Shown one piece after another: positions 6,364 through 16,506 of a stretch of DNA of 53,086 nucleotides; the stretch's first letter is position 1, and the number at the start of each line of letters is the position of its first letter. The stretch is from Pseudomonadota bacterium (GTDB taxonomy: Bacteria > Bdellovibrionota_B > Oligoflexia > Oligoflexales > CAIYRB01). The DNA is taken from contig JANOTL010000063.1 in assembly GCA_031416315.1 (NCBI GenBank), positions 1 through 53,086 of the forward strand, written 5' to 3'. The notes beneath the pieces were generated by a model, which saw only the letters and a program-made list of their open reading frames with translations, did no database searches and was not told where the DNA came from. The position numbers and the translations under genes were made by a program.

Positions 6364-9139
6364 GCTTTCGCCGGGCGCCGTCGTCGACCTTCGAGTAAAG
6401 GATTGCGAGCACCGACAGCTTCGTGATCGAAAGCGATCCCGCGCCCGCCAGGTCGCCGCCGAACGGCAGCATGAATCCCAAGCCGCTGGCTCTGTACACG
6501 GACTCCACCGGCTCGAGCGCGCGCCCGACGTCGTAAAAGAGACGCCACTTCAGCTGCCGCGTCAAAATCATCGAGTCGCTGGGCAGGGGCAGATAGAACG
6601 GCAGGGTCAAGTCGGCGCCGGTCGAGGCCAGGCGAATGGCCAGTGGCAAGGACGGGTCGTCGATCCGGACGCGCGCCGCCGTGACGTCGGTCACCCGAAA
6701 AAAGGCTGCGTCCGGCGGCTCGCCGTTCTTTCGAAGGACGCCGTAAAAGGCCCGCGCCCCGATGCCGGTGCGTGCCGTCAGGTTGCAATCGCCGCCCGCG
6801 ATCCCGAAGCTCCGCTCGTAATCGAACCCCGTGGCGAGCTGCGGCGGCGTTTTCTCGAACTCCCCGCCGATGTTGAAGCGGCACTGCGTCAGTCCGGACG
6901 TCAGCTTCACGCTCGAGCCGACGACGAAGCTGACGTGCCGCGAGTCTGGATCCCCGACGCGCTGCTTGAACCGCGAGCGCAGCGAGAGGCCCGTGAACGG
7001 CTCGCCGCTCAGAACCGGCGCGCGGGTCACGGCCGCCTCGATCTGACGGTCGTTGTCGTAGTTCTGATCGAAATTGAGCTCGGCCGTCAGGGCCTTCGGC
7101 TCGTAAATGAACTTCTGTCGTGCCTCGGCGCCGCCGAGCTTCTCCCGCGGCGCCCACTCGCCCTTCAAGAAGAGCCCGGGGTTGATGTAGCGGAAGACGA
7201 CCCCCTGCGCGCCGAGCGAGAACGGCTGCGCTGGGAGACGGAAGGCATACGGAAGCCATACGACCGTGTACGCGTCGTCGCGTAAGGTGTCGGCACTTCC
7301 GGGAAAAAAGCTAAAACCTGGCGCCTCGCTCGCGTTGTCGAAACGATCTTCGTCGTAGGCCTCGTGACCGGGATCGGCCTCCGCGACGAGGGGACGGTTG
7401 AGCATCGTTGCCGCCGCATGCCAATCGTTGCCCGGGATCTTCGGCCGTTTCTCGGCGCGAACGTGATGCCACTTTCCGGATTCGTCCTTGATCCCGACCA
7501 GCGGTGCGAAGTCGACCTCTCCGCGTTGGGCGACGCGCACCTCCGCGACCCACCGTCCGTCCGCAAGCCGCTCGGTTTTGAACGCCTCGAGGTCGAAGTC
7601 CGGCCAGCCCGCCTTGGTCCACCACAGCCGAAGCGAAGTCTGCAGCGCCTCCCGAGTCGTTGGCGCGAACGGCGACGGCCGCTTCGCGAGGTCGCCGAAA
7701 AACTCCTGAGGCGACAAGGTCGCGAGCAGGTGCGACGCCGTAAGCTGCCGCATGAAGCCGAAGAAAGCGTTCTCGCCCGCGGCCCCGGCCATCTGCCGCA
7801 TGGCCTCGGCGTGCTTGATGAAGAGCAGAGGGTGCTGACCTCTGCGCCGGTCTTTAGCCGTCAGGTCGGCTTCCGTCAGGATGTTAAATGGTGCGTAACG
7901 CCTCATCATCGCAGCCGTTATCTCGGACACCTGCAGATAAGTAAAAGACAGCCACCGCGACCCGGCGGCGTCCTCCGCAAAGAGGTTGAAACGCATCGGA
8001 TCGCGCATCAAGGTCTCGAGGATCGCATACTCCGCGATGCCGGACACGAGCCACTCGTCGTCCGCGCTCGAAGCCGACACGACGCCCCCGTACCACTGCT
8101 TCACGAGCTGCGACACGACGACCCAGTGAATCCAATTCATCCAGTCCGACTGCAAGCGGTCGAAGAAGCTCTGTGCCGGCTTGTTCACCGTCACGAGACC
8201 AGGCAGTCCAAAGCGCTGCAGCTCGCTCGTCTCCAGAACCGTCAGCACCGGGTACGGCAGCTCGCCGAACATCTGCACGAGGAGCGGCAAGGCCTTCTCG
8301 ATCGTCGCGACGACGGAAAGAAAGCTCGGACTGCGGTAGTAGATTTGGACCGTCAGATTTCCCGTTTTGAAGGACAGGGACTGCATCCCTCGCGCCAGCG
8401 CGAACGCCAGCTGTCGTCCCGGCAACGTCCCCTGGGCCACGTCTCCCGTAATCGTTCCAGGCCCGAGGTATTGCCAACTGGTCGGTGTCTTGATCTTGAA
8501 GTCGAGGTCGACGGCGCTGGCCGGCAAATCTCGCGGTGCCGCGCCCTGCGCTTCGTCGGGGCAGGAGGTCAAGAGCCGTGGAGCGTAGCCTTCGAAGAAC
8601 CACTCGTCGGCGGAGCTGCCGTCGAGCCGGGGAATACGCGACTCAAACTTGAGCTCGATCAACCGGTCGAGCTCCGCGTCACCCGAAAGCGCCGGCAGAC
8701 CTTCGAGACGGATGACCGCCTTCGGATCGAGCTTGTTCCCGTTCATCTCGAGCGCGGTCGTGCCGCCATCGAATGCCGGCCGGCCGTGCTTGTCCGCAAA
8801 CATCTCCTGGCGCCGGGTGATCGCGCGATCGAGGCCGTAGTCCGAATCGAGGAACGGGACATAGATGCAATGCAGCCCGCCGCCCGTCGCGACGCGCCAG
8901 CCTTCGATCCGCATCGTTCCCGAGATCCGCGACGGGAACTCGCCCTCCTGCAGGATCTGAGCGTCGAGGGTCACCTTCGGCCGCGCGACGCTAGGCTGCA
9001 GCGCCGCGACCCGTCGTAAGGCGCGCGGCGCGGCGACCTTCGCCTCGCCTGCCGCACGCACGTCCGCCGCGGGGCCGAGACCGGCGCCCGCTACGGAAAT
9101 CGCGACCATGAGCTCGGCAAAGAGCCGCTTATGCTTCAT
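6329..9139 (-). CDS. secreted M1-aminopeptidase-like protein lacking zinc ligands, with C-terminal probable outer-membrane beta-barrel
   Basis: Signal peptide; M1-like segments (MFGELPYPVLTV, SQLVKQWYG, EWLVSGIAEY, DPGHEAYD); C-terminal ~300 aa of amphipathic beta strands (LFYDVGRA, SGLGFML, LVFDLSGDL). Confidence 0.6.
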   Translation of the reverse strand: MKHKRLFAELMVAISVAGAGLGPAADVRAAGEAKVAAPRALRRVAALQPSVARPKVTLDAQILQEGEFPSRISGTMRIEGWRVATGGGLHCIYVPFLDSDYGLDRAITRRQEMFADKHGRPAFDGGTTALEMNGNKLDPKAVIRLEGLPALSGDAELDRLIELKFESRIPRLDGSSADEWFFEGYAPRLLTSCPDEAQGAAPRDLPASAVDLDFKIKTPTSWQYLGPGTITGDVAQGTLPGRQLAFALARGMQSLSFKTGNLTVQIYYRSPSFLSVVATIEKALPLLVQMFGELPYPVLTVLETSELQRFGLPGLVTVNKPAQSFFDRLQSDWMNWIHWVVVSQLVKQWYGGVVSASSADDEWLVSGIAEYAILETLMRDPMRFNLFAEDAAGSRWLSFTYLQVSEITAAMMRRYAPFNILTEADLTAKDRRRGQHPLLFIKHAEAMRQMAGAAGENAFFGFMRQLTASHLLATLSPQEFFGDLAKRPSPFAPTTREALQTSLRLWWTKAGWPDFDLEAFKTERLADGRWVAEVRVAQRGEVDFAPLVGIKDESGKWHHVRAEKRPKIPGNDWHAAATMLNRPLVAEADPGHEAYDEDRFDNASEAPGFSFFPGSADTLRDDAYTVVWLPYAFRLPAQPFSLGAQGVVFRYINPGLFLKGEWAPREKLGGAEARQKFIYEPKALTAELNFDQNYDNDRQIEAAVTRAPVLSGEPFTGLSLRSRFKQRVGDPDSRHVSFVVGSSVKLTSGLTQCRFNIGGEFEKTPPQLATGFDYERSFGIAGGDCNLTARTGIGARAFYGVLRKNGEPPDAAFFRVTDVTAARVRIDDPSLPLAIRLASTGADLTLPFYLPLPSDSMILTRQLKWRLFYDVGRALEPVESVYRASGLGFMLPFGGDLAGAGSLSITKLSVLAILYSKVDDGARRKPSLVFDLSGDL

Positions 9140-11288
9140 CCGGGAAGAACTTCTGTGCTCCCTCGGCGTGCTTCACGAGCAGCGGCGCCGGCTGGAAACG
9201 GGCGCCGTACTTGTCGGCGAGGCCCCTGAGCCGCTCGACGACCGTCTTCGGACCGATCAAATCGACGTACTTGAAGGGCCCGCCCCAGAACGGCGGGAAG
9301 CCGAGTCCAAAGACTGCGCCGACGTCGCCGTCGTACGCCGTCGCAAGGATGCCGTCCTCCAAACACCGGACCGACTCGTTCACGAAGAGAAGGAGGCACC
9401 GGTCGACGATCTCGTCCGCGCCCAGCTTGCCGTCCGACTTTTGGATGCCCATGAGCTCGTAGATCGCCGGGTCCGGTCGACCCTTTTTGCCATTTTCGTA
9501 GACGTAAAAGCCTTTGTTGTTCTTGCGGCCCAAACGTCCGGAGTCGGCCACGGGCTGCAGGCCCTTCGGCGTGACCATCCGGTCCGGAAACGCCTTGGAG
9601 ATCGTCTCGAGCACGTGCATCCCGACGTCGATGCCGACCTCGTCGATCAAGGTGATCGGTCCAACCGGGAAGCCGAACTCGGTCAGCGCTCTGTCGATCG
9701 CCTCGATCGGCGCGCCTTCGAGCAACATCGTCGAAGCTTCGTTCAAATAGAACGAGAGAGCTCGCGTCGTATAGAAGCCCGGCCCGTCCTTCACGACGAT
9801 GACCTGCTTGCCCATGTCCATGCCGAGCTCGATCGTGCGGTCGGCGACCCAGGCCGCGGTCTGATCGGTCACGACGACCTCGAGCAGCGGCATTTTCTCC
9901 ACCGGCGAGAAGAAATGCATGCCGATGACTCGCTCGGGCCGCTTCGCCGCCGAGGCGATGTCCTTGATCGGTAAGGCGGAGGTATTGCTGGCGAAGATGA
10001 AGTCCTCGCCCGCGACCGCCTCGACCTGAGCCAGAAGCTTCTGCTTCAACTTGAGGTCCTCGAAGACCGCCTCGACGACGACGTCGGCGAACTGGAAGCC
10101 GCGCGGATCGAGGGCCGGCGACAGGTGGTTCATCCGCTGCGACAGCTCGAAGGGCTTGATGCGGCGCTTTTCGAGCTTCTTTTTGAAGTAGTCCCGCGAG
10201 TGCTTCAGCGCGCGGCCGAGGCTCTCTTTGTTCGGGTCGGAGTACATCACGCTGATGCCGCGGTCCGCGCACACGGTCGCGATGCCCGCGCCCATGAAGC
10301 CGGCGCCGACGACGCCGATCGTCTCGACCTTCTTCTTGCCGAAGCGCTCCCGCGCCGCCCCCTTGAAGCGATGCTTCTTGAGAGCCGTCGTCGCATGAAA
10401 GAGGTGCACGAGCGACTTGCTCTCACGCGTCACGGCGAGCTGCCCGAACAAGGTCGCCTCGAGCTCGAGACCTTTCGGCAGGCTCGTCTCATAGCCCTCG
10501 AAGACGGCTTCGAGCGCCTTGAAGGAGGCGGGATAGAAGCCTTTGGTCTTCTCTTCGACCATCTCCTTGGCTTTTTTCTGGATGAGCTTGCGGCCGATCG
10601 GGTTGCCCTCGGTCGCCCATTTCGGCAGATCTGCCGCCAACTTCCCGGGGCTGAGCTCGGGCAGGCGGCGGTGCGCCGGCCGCTTCTGGGTCGCAAAGCG
10701 GATCGCCTGCTCGCGCAGAAGCTGCTCGGGGACGACGGCGTCGACCAGGCCGACCTTCTCGGCCTTCTTTCCGGTGAGCCGCTTGCCGGTGAGGATCAGG
10801 TCGAGCGCCGTCTGGATGCCGACCAAGCGCGGCAAGCGCTGCGTGCCCCCGGCGCCGGGGATTAGACCGAGCTGGATTTCGGGGAGACCGAGCTTCGTTT
10901 TCGAGTCCGCGGTCGCGATCCGCCAGGTGCAGGCCAAGGTCAGCTCCAAGCCGCCGCCCAGGCATTGGCCGTGGATCGCGGCCACGGTCGGAACTTTCAG
11001 ATCCGCGATCTTCTGGAAGATTTTGGAGCATTGCCGGGCGCCGTCGGCCGCCGCTTCCGCCGTCGCCATCGTCGCGATTTCGCCAATGTCGGCGCCGACG
11101 ATGAAGTCCCGCTTGCCGGAGATGAAGACGACCCCCTCGAGGCTCGTGTCACCCGCGAAGGAATCGATGATGTCGTTTAGCTCGCGCAGCGGCTTCTCGG
11201 ACAGCGTGTTCACTTCCTTGTCTTGACGGTCGAACACGACCACCGCGACGTTGCCGATCTCGCGCTCGATTCGAAAATGCTGGGCCAT
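9129..11288 (-). CDS. fadJ: fatty acid oxidation complex alpha subunit (enoyl-CoA hydratase / 3-hydroxyacyl-CoA dehydrogenase)
   Basis: FIVGADI, CLGGGLE, LPEIQLGLIPGAGGTQRLPR, GAGFMGAGIA, EAVFE, SNTSAL, MHFFSP. Confidence 0.92.
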   Translation of the reverse strand: MAQHFRIEREIGNVAVVVFDRQDKEVNTLSEKPLRELNDIIDSFAGDTSLEGVVFISGKRDFIVGADIGEIATMATAEAAADGARQCSKIFQKIADLKVPTVAAIHGQCLGGGLELTLACTWRIATADSKTKLGLPEIQLGLIPGAGGTQRLPRLVGIQTALDLILTGKRLTGKKAEKVGLVDAVVPEQLLREQAIRFATQKRPAHRRLPELSPGKLAADLPKWATEGNPIGRKLIQKKAKEMVEEKTKGFYPASFKALEAVFEGYETSLPKGLELEATLFGQLAVTRESKSLVHLFHATTALKKHRFKGAARERFGKKKVETIGVVGAGFMGAGIATVCADRGISVMYSDPNKESLGRALKHSRDYFKKKLEKRRIKPFELSQRMNHLSPALDPRGFQFADVVVEAVFEDLKLKQKLLAQVEAVAGEDFIFASNTSALPIKDIASAAKRPERVIGMHFFSPVEKMPLLEVVVTDQTAAWVADRTIELGMDMGKQVIVVKDGPGFYTTRALSFYLNEASTMLLEGAPIEAIDRALTEFGFPVGPITLIDEVGIDVGMHVLETISKAFPDRMVTPKGLQPVADSGRLGRKNNKGFYVYENGKKGRPDPAIYELMGIQKSDGKLGADEIVDRCLLLFVNESVRCLEDGILATAYDGDVGAVFGLGFPPFWGGPFKYVDLIGPKTVVERLRGLADKYGARFQPAPLLVKHAEGAQKFFPDEA

Positions 11289-11320
11289 GGGCAGACTCCT
11301 GGTCCGGTGCGTTCAGTGCG

Positions 11321-12640
11321 TCAGTTGCAGCGTTCGATGAGCATCGCGCCGGCCATCGCGCCCGCGGCGCAGATGGCGATCAGGCCGAATTGCTTATCGC
11401 TGCGGATCAGCTCGTTGGACAAAGACATCGCGAGCCGGGCCCCGGTCGCTCCGAACGGGTGGCCGATGGCGATCGCGCCGCCATTGACGTTGACGCGGTC
11501 CATCGGGAAACGGCCGAGCGACTTCGTACCGAAGTAGCGGTCCATGAACTCGTCCGACTCCATCGAGTAAACGCAGGACAAGACCTGCGCCGCGAAGGCC
11601 TCGTGGATCTCGTAACGATCGACGTCGTTGACGGTGAGCCCGTTGCGCTTGAGGATCTGCGGGATCGCGATCGCAGGCCCGATGAGAAGCTGCTCGTAGG
11701 GGTTCACGGCGACGAAGATCACGTCCTTGATCCGCGCCTTCGGCTTCAGGCCCAGGCTCTTCGCCCGTGCCTCGTCGGCGATCAAGGTCACCGCAGCGCC
11801 GTCGGTCAAAGCCGAGCTATTGGCCGCGGTCAGGGTGCCGTAGCGCCGATCGAAGGCCGGCTTCAGCTCACGCATCGCCTCGACGGAGGTGTCCCGGCGG
11901 ATGATGTTGTCCTTGTCGACGCAGTTCTCGTACTTCGGCGCGGCCCAGATCGGGATGATCTCGGCATCGAAGAAGCCCGACTCCTGCGCGGCCGCCGCCT
12001 TCTTGTGGCTCTCGACCGCGAACTTGTCCTGGTCCTCGCGCGACACGCGGTTGAGCTTCGCCATCATCTCGGCGTGCTCGCCCATCGTAAAACCAGTCAA
12101 AGGCTCCGACAACGAGGGCGGCTTCGGCAGCCACGCCTTCGCCGAGAAATCCTTGAGAAGATTGAGCTTTGCCGCCGCAGATTTGGCTTTCGACAAGCGC
12201 ACGAGGAACTTCCGCGCCTCAGTCGAATAGACGATTGGCACGTCCGAGAGGCACTCGACCCCACCAGCGAGGATGAGGTCCGGATTGCCGAACGCGATCG
12301 AGCGCGCCGCGTCGGCGATCGTCTGCATCGAGCTCGTGCAAGCGCGATTCAAGGTTACGCCATGGATGTGCGGCGGCAAGCCCAGGTTCAAGATCGCGTC
12401 GCGCGCAACGTTCGCGTTCTTTGTTTGCGGCACGACGACGCCGCAGCTCACTTCGTCGAGCTCCTGAGGGTCAAGCGCAAGACGCCGGAGAAGTCCGTCG
12501 ATCGTCCGGCTGTAGAGCTCGAGGGCATCGCAGTCCTCGAACACGCCGAACGACTTAACGAACGGGGTCCGTGCGCCGTCGATCAGCACGGGCTTGCCGT
12601 TGCCTTTGGGGATTTGTCGTTTGTACTTCGTCACGTCCAT
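11321..12640 (-). CDS. fadI: 3-ketoacyl-CoA thiolase (FadI-like)
   Basis: NRACTSS, HEAFA, GGAIAIGHPFGATG and CAAG motifs; start chosen at MDVTKYK (12640); paired with fadJ. Confidence 0.88.
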   Translation of the reverse strand: MDVTKYKRQIPKGNGKPVLIDGARTPFVKSFGVFEDCDALELYSRTIDGLLRRLALDPQELDEVSCGVVVPQTKNANVARDAILNLGLPPHIHGVTLNRACTSSMQTIADAARSIAFGNPDLILAGGVECLSDVPIVYSTEARKFLVRLSKAKSAAAKLNLLKDFSAKAWLPKPPSLSEPLTGFTMGEHAEMMAKLNRVSREDQDKFAVESHKKAAAAQESGFFDAEIIPIWAAPKYENCVDKDNIIRRDTSVEAMRELKPAFDRRYGTLTAANSSALTDGAAVTLIADEARAKSLGLKPKARIKDVIFVAVNPYEQLLIGPAIAIPQILKRNGLTVNDVDRYEIHEAFAAQVLSCVYSMESDEFMDRYFGTKSLGRFPMDRVNVNGGAIAIGHPFGATGARLAMSLSNELIRSDKQFGLIAICAAGAMAGAMLIERCN

Positions 12641-12763
12641 TTGCGTGGAGCTCCGTCTTCCGTCTGATGCCGTGAGAAACCGCATGAGCTTACGTAAAAA
12701 ACCGGGGTCGTGCGATAATTGTCCGAGCCCCCCGCAAAACCCGCCCTGAGAGAGGCCCAAGCC

Positions 12764-14785
12764 ATGGTCGGGATCGTCATCGCCCTCGTGCTCAGTCTCG
12801 TCAGCTGCGGGAAATCCGGCGGCGGCGACGCTCCGGCGCGTCCGAAGCCGCCAAAAGTGGAGCTGCCGCCGCCCGTGACGGGCTCCGAGCTCCTCACGTC
12901 CGTCGGGCTCGACGGCATGGGTTACACCATTCCCCCGCCAAGCTCGTGTCTTGCTCAAGCGAAGAGCTTCGACGTCCCCGCGCTCCCCGTCGGAGCGGTC
13001 GTGCTCGACGGCAAGCTCGACGAGTGGACCGACGTCCCCGCCCGCCTCGACGACCCGATCGGCGACGCGCCGGCGCAAACACCCGATCTCGCACAAGTTT
13101 TTGTGGCAAGTGCCGGCGATGAGCTCATTCTTGCCGCGAGCGTCGCATTACCTGAGGACGGAGTCGTCCATTTCACCATCGGTGGTGCCTACTCACGCGA
13201 CGGACGCTACCAGTCGCAGACCATGCGGGAATTACGCGTGCGTTTCGGCGGCGCGCTCGAAGAAAGGCGCGACGGCGCATGGGTACCCGTCGCCGCCGAC
13301 CTCGGCCTCGCGGCACAAGGCGCGAACGCGGTCGAGCTGCGGCTCACGTCGCGCCTCGTCGGCGAGGTCGTGAACTACCCGCTGTGGTGGGCACGTGCCG
13401 GGGCCGGCGCGGACGTGACCGCCACGGTGTTCTTTCCTTCGCGCCTCCACGGCGATCGCGAGCCTTTCAAGCTTGCCGCTTGCACTTTCTGGTACACGCG
13501 CAAACTGCCGCTCGACATGGTCGAGGTCCGTGACTCCGCGTCGAACGAGGCCCTCGACGAGCGCGTTTTCCAGATCGCTCGTCTGGCCGTCGACGAGGTC
13601 GTCCGCATGTTCGGTGACGCACCGCTCCCTCTGCGCTCCCTGACTGTGATCGCGACCGCGAGCGCTGTCGACGACACCGGCGACTTCGAGCCCGACGCCT
13701 CGGACGGCCCCGCGACCTACGGCGCCATCGCCGTCAACACTGCGTCCTTCGCCGCCGGCTCGCCGCAGCGCTTTCCCGAGGGGCCCCTCTTCAACCGCAT
13801 CGCCCTGCGTATCGTGGACCTCTATCTTCACGCCATCGCGCCCAACGCGCCGTTCCAGGAACGCCGCGTCATGGGCGAAGCCTTGGCGCAGCGCCTTTTG
13901 TGGAGCGTGATCGGCCCGAGTTTCGTCTTCGACCATTATCGCGCCGGCATCCTCCCTTACCTCGCGGATCCCAGCGCGGCCGGGTGGTCTTCGATCGTCG
14001 CCCAGGGCCGCATTCTCAGCTCTGTCCTTTCGACCGAGCAGCTCATTGCCGCCTGGCATGAGCGCGCCGCGGGTGACGCTGGCCCGGCGCCCTCGGTCGC
14101 GACGATTCTAGCGACGCTCACGTCTGAAGCGCTCTCGGACCAAGACCAAGACGGCATCCCGCGGCACTGGGAAGAACAGCTCGGCACCGACCCGGACGTG
14201 ACCGACAGCGACGGCGACTCTTGGTCCGACCTGGCCGAGATCGTTCGCGGTCGCGATCCCCTTGCGCTCACGAGCGGACCGCAGCGCATTATGCCGGACG
14301 GCGACTTCGACGACTGGCTCACCCTTTTCCCGAAGAAAGTCATGGTCGACCTCGGCCGGAGCGGCGCCTGTCCGGTCGCTGCCGACATCACGCACTATGC
14401 AGCTGTCACCAATCAAGAAGAGCTCGTGATCGGCGCCGTAGCGCGCGACTTCTGGGAGTCGGAGCCGAACGCCGTCTGGGAGGCCATCATCGACCTGCCC
14501 ATCGAAAAACGTCAGTTGATGCTGACAGTTGCGAGCGACGCCTACTCGACGACGGTGCGGGACCCGAATACCGGCGCAGTCCTCGCCGTCTTCGAGCGCG
14601 CCTTTCCGCAAGGGCGGCGCACGGTCGAATGGGTGCTCCGCCGCGATACCTTCGGCATCGAGCGGCCGCTTGACGAGGTCGACGGCGTGAAGATCCGCCT
14701 GCGCACGCTCTTGCGGTCGGGCGATCAGGATCTCTACTGCGACGAGACCGCTTGGTTCAGTCCGTACGTGAGTCAGGGCAGCTAA
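12764..14785 (+). CDS. large lipoprotein with two DGxxDxW (CBM9/DOMON-like) starts, DxDxDG Ca-binding repeats and a degenerate gluzincin-like core
   Basis: Lipobox LVSC; VLDGKLDEW and MPDGDFDDW; DQDQDGIP...LGTDP..TDSDGDSWSD..E...GRDP repeats. Confidence 0.6.
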   Translation: MVGIVIALVLSLVSCGKSGGGDAPARPKPPKVELPPPVTGSELLTSVGLDGMGYTIPPPSSCLAQAKSFDVPALPVGAVVLDGKLDEWTDVPARLDDPIGDAPAQTPDLAQVFVASAGDELILAASVALPEDGVVHFTIGGAYSRDGRYQSQTMRELRVRFGGALEERRDGAWVPVAADLGLAAQGANAVELRLTSRLVGEVVNYPLWWARAGAGADVTATVFFPSRLHGDREPFKLAACTFWYTRKLPLDMVEVRDSASNEALDERVFQIARLAVDEVVRMFGDAPLPLRSLTVIATASAVDDTGDFEPDASDGPATYGAIAVNTASFAAGSPQRFPEGPLFNRIALRIVDLYLHAIAPNAPFQERRVMGEALAQRLLWSVIGPSFVFDHYRAGILPYLADPSAAGWSSIVAQGRILSSVLSTEQLIAAWHERAAGDAGPAPSVATILATLTSEALSDQDQDGIPRHWEEQLGTDPDVTDSDGDSWSDLAEIVRGRDPLALTSGPQRIMPDGDFDDWLTLFPKKVMVDLGRSGACPVAADITHYAAVTNQEELVIGAVARDFWESEPNAVWEAIIDLPIEKRQLMLTVASDAYSTTVRDPNTGAVLAVFERAFPQGRRTVEWVLRRDTFGIERPLDEVDGVKIRLRTLLRSGDQDLYCDETAWFSPYVSQGS

Positions 14786-15177
14786 TTCGACAACGCGCCG
14801 CGCTTGCTCAGAGTCTCGACGATCTGGTCAATCACGTGGCGATCGGTCTTGGTCAAGGACATGAACGTGCCCCCGATCCGGAATTTCTTGTGGTCGAACC
14901 AGCGCGTCTCGCCGCGGATCAATAGCCGGCTCGGCGCGTGGATGCCGAGCGGGCTCAGGGGAATCGACAGCCAGAACTTGTCACCCGGCTTCACCTTGGC
15001 TTCGCCGGTGAATTCGGCCTTGAACCCACCGATGCTGATATCGAGCAAGACGGCGCTATAGATGTGGAACGGCAAATGCTTGTAGCGTCGCAGCTCGACG
15101 AGGGCGTGAGACGTGTAACGATTCTGACGTTCATCCGCAGGTTTTTTCGCGCTGGGCGCGCTGGCTCGCTCGCTCAC
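14782..15177 (-). CDS. stand-alone PilZ domain protein
   Basis: ERQNRY and DISIGG motifs, then ETRW...IGGTF...IDQIV; likely GTG start at 15177. Confidence 0.8.
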   Translation of the reverse strand: MSERASAPSAKKPADERQNRYTSHALVELRRYKHLPFHIYSAVLLDISIGGFKAEFTGEAKVKPGDKFWLSIPLSPLGIHAPSRLLIRGETRWFDHKKFRIGGTFMSLTKTDRHVIDQIVETLSKRGALSN

Positions 15178-15229
15178 GATGTCAGCCTCGACTTGGACCG
15201 GACGGCACACGGCTGATATTAAGGGTACC

Positions 15230-16492
15230 ATGACGAACTTCCAAGATCCTCTCCCCGTCCGCGTTCGCGTCTTGGTCCTCGGCGGCGGCATCCACGGCGT
15301 CGGCGTTCTCCACGACATGGCGAGCCGCGGCTGGAAGGACATCCACCTCGTCGAGAAGGCGGAGCTCGGCGCCGGCGCCAGCTCGAAGTCGACGAAGTTG
15401 ATCCACGGCGGCCTGCGCTACCTGAAACGCATCTCCGATTTCCCGCTCGTCGCCGAAGCGCTGCGCGAGCGGCGCATTCTGATGGAGCTCGCGGGCGACC
15501 TCGTACGGCCGATCGAGCTCTTGTTCCCGATCCTGAAAAAAGGCGGGATGAACCGCATCACCGTGAAAACCGGGCTGGCGCTCTACGACCGCCTCGCCGG
15601 GAAAAAGTTCCGGTTGACGCCGCACCAATCGGTCCAGCCCGATGAACTGCGCGAAAAAGCGCCGATGCTGAACCCGGACCTCTTCTCCGCCGTTTATTCG
15701 TACTGGGACGCGCAGACCGACGACATCGGCCTCGTCACCCGCGTCGCCGCCTCGGCGCGCAAGCTCGGCGCCGGAATTACGGAGCACTGCCGCGCCACGC
15801 GCATCACCGCCACCGACGACGGCTTCGACGTGGAGTTGACGCAGCCCGACGGCACGCAGCGCGTCGTCAGCGCCCTCTACGTCATCAACGTCGCCGGCCC
15901 TTGGGCGAACCGCCTTCTGGAGCAGAGCGGCATCACGCCGACGCATCGCGCCATCAACAACAAGGGGAGCCATCTCCTCTTCGACGACATCGGCTTGAAG
16001 TGCGGCCTCTTCCTGCAATCGGGCACCGACAGCCGTATTTTCTTCGTACTGCCGTGGGAGGGCTTCACGCTTCTGGGCACAACCGAGGACCTTTTCGAGG
16101 GCGACCCCGATCGCGTCGAGTGCTCGGAAGAAGAGGTCGTCTACCTCCTCCAGAATGTGAACCGCTTCCTCCTAAAGCCACTCAGCCAACGCGACATCGT
16201 CCGTGTTTTCGCGGGTTTGAGGTGGTTGGCGCTCGAGGACGGCCACGGCCTTTCCGAAACGAGCCGAGCCTACACCATCGGCGAGCGACCCGGGCGTCGT
16301 GGCCTTCTTCTCACCCTCTATGGGGGTAAACTGACCACCTACCGCAATCTGGCGGCTACGATCGGCGACCGCGTCACCAAACATTTCGGCGAGTTTCGCG
16401 AGAGTCGTACCGATCAGGCTGAATGCTGGGCCTCACCCGGCGAGTCGCCGCTTCCGAGCCGCATCGAGCAACGTTTCCAAAGCCCCGCGTAA
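15230..16492 (+). CDS. glpD: FAD-dependent glycerol-3-phosphate dehydrogenase/oxidase family
   Basis: GGGIHG, GASSKSTKLIHGGLRYL, KGSHL, GTTE, GGKLTTYR; short C-terminus. Confidence 0.8.
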   Translation: MTNFQDPLPVRVRVLVLGGGIHGVGVLHDMASRGWKDIHLVEKAELGAGASSKSTKLIHGGLRYLKRISDFPLVAEALRERRILMELAGDLVRPIELLFPILKKGGMNRITVKTGLALYDRLAGKKFRLTPHQSVQPDELREKAPMLNPDLFSAVYSYWDAQTDDIGLVTRVAASARKLGAGITEHCRATRITATDDGFDVELTQPDGTQRVVSALYVINVAGPWANRLLEQSGITPTHRAINNKGSHLLFDDIGLKCGLFLQSGTDSRIFFVLPWEGFTLLGTTEDLFEGDPDRVECSEEEVVYLLQNVNRFLLKPLSQRDIVRVFAGLRWLALEDGHGLSETSRAYTIGERPGRRGLLLTLYGGKLTTYRNLAATIGDRVTKHFGEFRESRTDQAECWASPGESPLPSRIEQRFQSPA

Positions 16493-16506
16493 GAGACCGC
16501 GTCCCT

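Noticed and set aside
7364..9019. 551 aa plus-strand ORF
   Set aside because: Antisense shadow of the M1-like gene.
12641..13096. N-terminal extension of the thiolase ORF
   Set aside because: Overlaps the divergent lipoprotein; thiolase similarity begins near 12640.
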